Positions 1-5,273 of a stretch of DNA of 7,116 nt are shown here, piece by piece (the first letter of the stretch is position 1; each line of letters opens with the position of its first letter). Both the position numbers and the translations under genes were made by a program. The DNA comes from Prasinococcaceae sp. CCMP 1430. Taxonomy: Eukaryota > Plantae > Prasinodermophyta. The notes beneath the pieces are model-generated. The model ran no database searches. It saw only the letters and a list, made by a program, of their open reading frames with translations, and was not told the origin of the DNA. The stretch spans positions 88,915 to 96,030 of the forward strand of contig RQSC01000824.1 in assembly GCA_013416795.1 (NCBI GenBank), given 5' to 3'.

Positions 1-19
1 GAAGGGGAGGGAGAGACCA

Positions 20-60
20 GGGGGGGGTGGGGTGGGGGGCGGGGCGGGGGCGGGGGCGGG
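20..60 (+). repeat. G-tract cluster (GnT / GnC repeats), potential G-quadruplex
   Basis: Eight runs of 3-8 G separated by single T or C: G8 T G4 T G6 C G4 C G5 C G5 C G3 pattern across 20-60, including GGGGCGGGG GC-box-like units. Confidence 0.8.
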
Positions 61-204
61 CGCGAGGGCCAGGACGCGCCTCACCACTGGCTGTGGCTGG
101 CTCGCCGGAGGGACGAGGCCGTGCATGCACAGCCGTGGGGTGCGGCATAGCGCGCCGGGAAAAGGGGCATATGCTCACCGGGTGGGTTGGTTGGTTTTGT
201 GGTC

Positions 205-228
205 GGGTGGGTGGGTGGGTGGGTGGGT
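205..228 (+). repeat. (GGGT)6 tetranucleotide repeat, potential G-quadruplex
   Basis: Six perfect GGGT units at 205-228, preceded by degenerate GGGT/GGTT units from about 180. Confidence 0.9.
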
Positions 229-503
229 GAGTTTCAGTGGGTCAGGACGGTGGGAAGGGGGGCCGGTGAAAGCTGTAGTAGTTGGCCTCTCCTCTGCATG
301 CGTGCGCCAGGACGAGAACAGCAACATGCAAACGATCGGTCGGGGGGTGGGTGCGGGTACCCTGTGAGCGTGGGCGGGATGGTGCGCGCGACGGCGGCGG
401 CGCGGAGCCAACCAACCCACGCGACGCCCTGCCATTGCAATGACGGCGAATACAAACCCTGATATGCGAAACCGCCAAATGTACCCCAAATCGGCCGAAT
501 GCG

Positions 504-3389
504 ATGTTGCGGTTCGATGTGTTGAACACGAACAGGTGGGAGAGAGAGAGCGCGAAGGGTCATGCACGTCGTTCGAGCTGTCCCAGAGAGAGGTGGGTAC
601 TCACGAAGCACGGGAAGGAGGTGGTTGCGTGCTCACGATGCGCGAGGGGTAGCGGCATGGAGGGCGCCACACCGCGCGCGCGATCGGTGCGTCCCGGCTG
701 TAACGGGCGGGCGCCAGCGCCGTGCCGCGGGCCGCGGACGCGCAAACACCCCGGGAGGGGGGGCGCGCGAGAGAGGCAATCGCCTGCTTGCCCCCATCGT
801 GGCCTCTCGGGCAGCCCAAGCCGCGGGAGCGGGCCGCCACAGGGCGCGCCCGAGAGCGGCCGCGCCGGGCGAAAGGCGGGGCCGGTGTCAAAGGCTTGGA
901 CCCCCTGCGCCTCCATGCGCCGCTCGATGCGCGACGAGAGGGGGGGGCAGGCCTGGCGGGGAGGCGCTCGAGCAGCAGCGGCGCGCGCGCCGCGCGTGGC
1001 GCGCGCGACGACAGATGGCGCTGGCGCAGCGGGCGCCGCACGGAGGGGAGGGACCGGCGGCCGCGCGGCCGCTGTGCGCACGCAGCATCGAGAAGCGGTG
1101 GCGCTGCGCGGAATCGCACTGACGGCCGTCGCGCTGGCGCTCGCCGTGAGCTCGGCGGTGTCCTCGCTCGCGCCCGGCGCCTCCCTCCCAATAGCGGAGG
1201 CCGTGTCCGTGGATGAGATCACGCAGCAGCTTGTGGAGCGCATCCGCCATCGGATGACTCCATCGGATGCCACTGGATCGGGCGCGAGCGAGAGTGCCGA
1301 TGGCGCTACGCCGTCGTGGAGCTCGGCCGCGCGAAGGTCGGCCACCACGGGCGTGCAGCGCAGCGCACGAATTGCGACGCTCGTCGCCAGCCGCGAAGTG
1401 GCCGACGAGGTGCTGTTCGCGCTGGAGCGCGACACAATGGCAGCGGCACCTTACCTCAGGCAGGCCTGGTCGCACGGCGTGGAGGGCGCCGAGGCGTACG
1501 CGCTGGACGCACCTGAGCCACCGACGCTGGCGCTATACGCCGAGCCGGACATGCCGTACCCCGCGGCGGCGGATGCCGTCGACGAGCTGTTGACGCCGCA
1601 CTCGCTGCTCGAGCTCGTGCACGAGCCCGCAGAAGAGGCCTTCGCGTCATCCGAGGGCGGCTCGGCCAGCAGCGAGGCGCAGGCGCAGAGCAGCGCCGAC
1701 GCCGGTCACGACCACGCCGGTGCCCACATGCTCGGGGCTCGAGCACAGGAGCGCATGTGGCTCGTTCGCGTTGCGCCGGTGGCGCCCGCTGAGATGGTGT
1801 TCCTGAGAACGCTGGACGCGCTGCACTTCTCTGGCAATACGTGCGATGGCCCGGACGACTCGTCGAGCATCGAGGCCTTCGTGAAGTTCTACAACAGCGG
1901 CTGGGGGGCTGACCTGTGGTGGAACTACGCGATAGGTCTGATCAGAGGCGCGTACGTGGGTGCCCCGTGGCGCGCGGTCCCGCGACTGGCCTGCTTCGAG
2001 AGATCAGATGATCAGATGCTGGGATCTCTGCGCGAGTACCTGCTGGGAACCAGCGGCGGCGTCACCGAGGCAAACGTCACCACCGACTGCAGCTGGCACT
2101 ACGCGCGCGGACTCGTTGCTGGAGGTAGGGAGGCGCAGTGCCCTCGGGGCGACTCGCGCTGCCTGTTCCTCGACACCTCGCCGTGCGCGCTGCCGCTACC
2201 CGTGGACTGGATGGCCCAGCGGCGCCAGCGCTATGGAGTGCTCGCGCGGCTCCACAATAGAACCTCCGAGGGTGAGGACAAGCTCGAGCTCGAGCGGGAG
2301 ATCAAGCATCGCCTCAACGACTTGGCCACCGCGCGCAAGGGCTTGCTTGACGACGCGAGCGAGCGCCTCCTTGAGACGGAGCCCCCGGGGAGTGACGAGG
2401 GCGCCACACGTGCGTTTTCGGAGCTGGACCGCATAGTCGAAAGCCTACTCGCCCTGAACTGGAACCGCGAGAGCAAAGACACGAGCACGCTCCCTGCCGG
2501 GTTCTTCGCCGCGCTCGCGGCGAGCGCGCGCCAGGCGGCCGAGCGCGCGCTGCGTGGCGACCGCATCCACGCCGCCGCGGCCGCCGAGGCAACCGCCAAC
2601 CTCGCAGATAGGACGTTGTGCGATACACCCGGTTGCGGCGGGCGCCTGCGTGCGAGCGCGTACTTCTACGCCACGCGACCGCGCTGGCGGTTGCGACAAG
2701 AGGTGCGCGCTCGCACCGGTGCGTTTCTGCGCACCTCAGGGCTCGGGCGCGCCGATGGCGGCGCGTGCGCGGTCTTTCACGCGCGCCGTGGCGACATCGT
2801 GTTGCACGAGAATTTCATTCGGCGCTACGTTCACCTGCGCGAGCAGGTGGAGGAGGCGCGCGACTTCCTTGATGAGGCAGGGGTGCGAACGGTTTTTCTG
2901 CTGACGGATAGCCAGGACGTGCTCGACGAGGCCGTCGATATCATGAAGACACAGGAGTCCGACGCGCGGCTCGCCTTCGTGTGGCTGCCGAAGCCTCGCT
3001 TCTCGTCGTACGAGAGCGGATTCGAGAACCCATTTCCAGGCGGCAACGAGACGGAGGAGGCGGTGGACGTCCTGACGGGATTCGCCGTGGCAGCGGGTGC
3101 GGGTTGCAGCGTGTGGAGCGGCGGCGGCCACGGCAACTTCGGAAAGCTCATTTACCAGCTCATGTGTCGTGGCTCATGGACGCGCCCGCCGCTCGCCCAG
3201 CGCTGGCGCTGCCCGCACATGTCAAACGTGCAGACAATAACGGATGGGCGGCGCGAGGTGCCCCGCGAGTACATCGACGCCAGGTTGGCCAAGCAGGACT
3301 TCTTCTCAAAGAGCATCGACTGGGAGGCGCTCTGGGCGGAGTACCAGCGCAACAAGACCGCAGGCGCCACGGCTCGTGGGCAGCAGTAG
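504..3389 (+). CDS. GT23 / FUT8-like (alpha-1,6-fucosyltransferase-like) glycosyltransferase, predicted type II membrane protein; start codon uncertain (in-frame ATGs at 504, 657, 915, 927)
   Basis: 961-codon open frame. A hydrophobic signal-anchor GIALTAVALALAVSSAVSSL (~1110-1169) follows an Arg-rich stretch. Motifs are collinear with FUT8 as I recall it: SGWGADL (1896-1916; cf. GCGYGCQL), WHYA (cf. WRYA), LFLDTSPC (cf. VFRPVSETC), YATRP (2667-2681; cf. YLIRP), HARRGDIVLHE (2778-2810; cf. HVRRTDKVGTE), VFLLTDSQ (2892-2915; cf. VYLATDDP), and D..GHGNFGKLIYQLM (cf. D..TFSSQVCRVAYEIM). Three N-X-T sequons (NVT, NRT, NET) lie C-terminal to the anchor. No C-terminal SH3 domain is visible. Family assignment is by motif recognition, not a database search. 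Confidence 0.75.
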   Translation: MLRFDVLNTNRWERESAKGHARRSSCPRERWVLTKHGKEVVACSRCARGSGMEGATPRARSVRPGCNGRAPAPCRGPRTRKHPGRGGARERQSPACPHRGLSGSPSRGSGPPQGAPESGRAGRKAGPVSKAWTPCASMRRSMRDERGGQAWRGGARAAAARAPRVARATTDGAGAAGAARRGGTGGRAAAVRTQHREAVALRGIALTAVALALAVSSAVSSLAPGASLPIAEAVSVDEITQQLVERIRHRMTPSDATGSGASESADGATPSWSSAARRSATTGVQRSARIATLVASREVADEVLFALERDTMAAAPYLRQAWSHGVEGAEAYALDAPEPPTLALYAEPDMPYPAAADAVDELLTPHSLLELVHEPAEEAFASSEGGSASSEAQAQSSADAGHDHAGAHMLGARAQERMWLVRVAPVAPAEMVFLRTLDALHFSGNTCDGPDDSSSIEAFVKFYNSGWGADLWWNYAIGLIRGAYVGAPWRAVPRLACFERSDDQMLGSLREYLLGTSGGVTEANVTTDCSWHYARGLVAGGREAQCPRGDSRCLFLDTSPCALPLPVDWMAQRRQRYGVLARLHNRTSEGEDKLELEREIKHRLNDLATARKGLLDDASERLLETEPPGSDEGATRAFSELDRIVESLLALNWNRESKDTSTLPAGFFAALAASARQAAERALRGDRIHAAAAAEATANLADRTLCDTPGCGGRLRASAYFYATRPRWRLRQEVRARTGAFLRTSGLGRADGGACAVFHARRGDIVLHENFIRRYVHLREQVEEARDFLDEAGVRTVFLLTDSQDVLDEAVDIMKTQESDARLAFVWLPKPRFSSYESGFENPFPGGNETEEAVDVLTGFAVAAGAGCSVWSGGGHGNFGKLIYQLMCRGSWTRPPLAQRWRCPHMSNVQTITDGRREVPREYIDARLAKQDFFSKSIDWEALWAEYQRNKTAGATARGQQ

Positions 3390-3495
3390 TTTGGTAGCCC
3401 TGCCGGTTGCGAGTAACATTGTGCGTGAGTTCGCCCTGTCGACAAATGCAGTTGGCTCAACCCTCGCCATCGCATTGCACGACTGCCGAGTTCGT

Positions 3496-3550
3496 TCGCG
3501 CGCGAGCGATGGGGGGCGCGCCCCCCGCGGCGGCACCGTTGCCGCCATGG
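3496..3550. other. Cluster of adjacent palindromes / inverted repeats
   Basis: TCGCGCGCGA (3496-3505), GGGGGGCGCGCCCCCC (3511-3526), GGCGGCA-ccgt-TGCCGCC (3529-3546) and CCATGG (3545-3550). Confidence 0.8.
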
Positions 3551-3800
3551 CTCCACTCTGGGCCAGCGTGGCGTCCTCAGACTCGGGCGCCTCCCGCGTC
3601 AGCAGCGGCGCGATCGGCGGCGGCGCCACAGCGCGGGCAGAGGGAGCGCCGCCAGGCAGGTGTGTGGGTGTAGTGGTGGTGGTGTGTGTGGGGGAGAGAG
3701 ACTGGGGCGAGGTGCGGCGGCGCGAGGGGACGGGGTCAGCGGGCTGAGGGCGTCGTGGAGAGCCTCGTAGTAGGAGAGGCGGGGGAGACGCGACGCCGGT

Positions 3801-3844
3801 GGGGGGGGGAGACCGGGGAGGTGGGTGGGTTGGGGGTGGGGGGG
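3801..3844 (+). repeat. G-tract cluster just upstream of the phosphatase ATG, potential G-quadruplex
   Basis: G runs at 3801-3809, 3815-3818, 3823-3825, 3827-3829, 3832-3836 and 3838-3844; the cluster ends 18 nt before ATG 3863. Confidence 0.75.
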
Positions 3845-3862
3845 CTGCGCTCCCGCGCGACG

Positions 3863-4954
3863 ATGGTGGTCTCGGACGGCACGAAGACGCTGGCGTCGAC
3901 GGTGTCGCGCGGGATGTTCTACCCGAGCCTGCTGTACAACCTCGCGCGGTACAAGCTGCAAGGGCCCGGCTACGCCTGGTGGACCAAGATACTCGGCGAT
4001 GGCGAGTGCAGGTGCGTGCGCCTGGAGAGCGCACGCGGCGCGCGCCTCGTGGGCGGCCACGTGAGCACCGGCGCAGCGCCGCTGACCCGTGCCCGCGCCT
4101 CCCTCCAGCGACAGCGATGACGAGGGCGACGCCGGCGACGAAGGCGCGAGCGCGAGCGCGAGCGATGACGAATGTGACGAGGATGGCGAGGGTGAGGGCG
4201 TGGGGGGGCGAAGGCGCCGCGCGGCGAGCGACCGGCCGTCGGTGTGCGCAGGCGCACCGCTGCTTCTGGGGGCGCTGCCGTTCCCCAGCGATGTGCAGCG
4301 GCTCGCGCGCGACGAGGGCGTGCGTGCCGTCGTGACGCTAAACGAGCCCTTCGAGGTCATGGTGACTCCAGAAGAGGTACGCACGGCGCGCGCACGCGCG
4401 CGCCGTGGCGTTGGGGACGTGTGGGACCCGACTGCCCCGTGCGGCGTCGCTGACGCGCCATGCCACCCTGCCTCAAGTATGAGCGCCAGTCTGTGGCCCA
4501 CCTGCACATTCCTACGGTGGATTATCTCTTTGCACCTGACGTGGAGGACACCGAGCGCGGCGTGCGCTTCATCGCACAGCAGAGGGCGGCCGGAAACGGC
4601 GTCTACGTCCACTGCAAGGCCGGCCGCGGCAGGTCCACAACTTTGGTGTTGTGCTATCTGGTGTCCGAGGGGGGCATGGAGCCGGCCGATGCGCTCCGAT
4701 TCGTTAAGGCCAAGCGCCCGCAGGTAAAGCTCGCGACAGCTCAGTGGGCGGCGGTGCTTGCCTGCCACCAGCGACACAATGGGTTGGGCGAGGGAATGCC
4801 CACCGACGTGGGGGGTGCGGAGCCTGCGACCCCTCCGCGTGCATCCTCGGAGGCCGCTGGGGCGCCTCTGACCGCCGACACGCCCAGCAGCGTGCGTGTC
4901 ACGCGGCATGAGACGCCGAGGGTCAAGGAGGAGTACGTGGCGCAGGCAGCGTAA
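3863..4954 (+). CDS. PTPMT1: PTPMT1 / plant DSP8-like dual-specificity phosphatase (phosphatidylglycerophosphatase-like); join(3863..4011,4109..4376,4478..4954), 297 aa in this model
   Basis: Segments in three different frames join in phase across two introns: MFYPSLLYNLARYKL..WWTKI, then LLLGALPFPSDV..VRAVVTLNEPFE, then HLHIPTVDYLFAP..VYVHCKAGRGRSTTLVLCYLV..RPQVKLATAQW. The CX5R P-loop CKAGRGR and the FYP(S/T)LLY N-terminus are characteristic of the PTPMT1/DSP8 subfamily. Stop TAA at 4952-4954. Confidence 0.9.
4012..4108 (+). other. Spliceosomal intron 1 of the phosphatase gene (97 nt, GT-AG, phase 2)
   Basis: Donor CAG|GTGCGT at 4012, branch-point-like GCTGAC at 4081-4086, pyrimidine tract and CCCTCCAG| ending at 4108. 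Splicing gives AG+C = Ser and restores the frame; the unspliced frame stops at 4120. Confidence 0.72.
4377..4477 (+). other. Spliceosomal intron 2 of the phosphatase gene (101 nt, GT-AG with AAG acceptor, phase 0)
   Basis: Donor GAG|GTACGC at 4377, GCTGAC at 4449-4454, acceptor CCTCAAG| at 4477. Removal gives VMVTPEE-YERQSVAHLHIPT, which is collinear with the DSP8/PTPMT1 segment between NEP and HL.IPT. Confidence 0.88.
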
Positions 4955-5087
4955 GTGCGCGCACGGAGGTGCGCTCGCGCACGCCATCTGCAAGCGCGGC
5001 TGAGTTGGGCAGGCATCGTCGGGATGGCGCATGGCAAGAGGAGAGAGGGGCGCGCCGGGCACGCCAGGATCTGTTGTACACACGCGG

Positions 5088-5145
<58 letters not shown>

Positions 5146-5173
5146 AAACACGTAAACACGTAAACACACACAC
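5088..5173. repeat. Compound microsatellite (AC)12-GC-(AC)15 followed by (GTAAACAC)3 and further AC units
   Basis: Read directly: AC repeat 5088-5143 with one interruption at 5112, then three GTAAACAC octamers at 5144-5167. It lies between the convergent stops at 4954 and 5274. Confidence 0.95.
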
Positions 5174-5273
5174 CTACACCACACAAACCAAGTGTTGTGC
5201 AACCAGTCTGTGTATCCACGTCTGAGCGTCTGCAGGTCGTACTTTTTACCGCAGCTGTCTGCGCGCAGGTATC

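Noticed and set aside
560-3151. Many overlapping ORFs within or antisense to the GT23-like gene (560..1435, 562..1122, 888..1475, 1960..2436, 2231..2599, 2736..3131 and others)
   Set aside because: Low-complexity Arg/Ala/Pro-rich products with no motifs; explained by GC bias.
3306-3790. Possible small - strand gene between the GT23 and phosphatase genes (segment LSYYEALHDALSPL; ATG at 3548-3546)
   Set aside because: The protein-like segment has no upstream ATG outside the phosphatase CDS, and the frame from ATG 3548 runs into the GT23 coding end with no recognisable similarity.
4089-4727. ORF-track entries 3686..4120, 4089..4727 and 4460..4954 as separate genes
   Set aside because: They are exon-containing frames of one spliced gene.
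4723-4730. CAG|GTAAAG as an extra intron donor in phosphatase exon 3
   Set aside because: The unspliced translation RPQVKLATAQW matches the conserved family segment, so no intron is needed.
5144-5167. (GTAAACAC)3 as a CRISPR array, telomere seed or forkhead enhancer
   Set aside because: Units are 8 nt with no spacers, do not resemble G-rich telomere repeats, and are embedded in an AC microsatellite; slippage is the simpler explanation.
3599-5173. 524-aa - strand ORF antisense to the phosphatase gene
   Set aside because: Starts in the (GT)n microsatellite (CVCVCV), runs through introns and G/C tracts, and has no recognisable domain. Long stop-free shadow frames are expected at this GC content.
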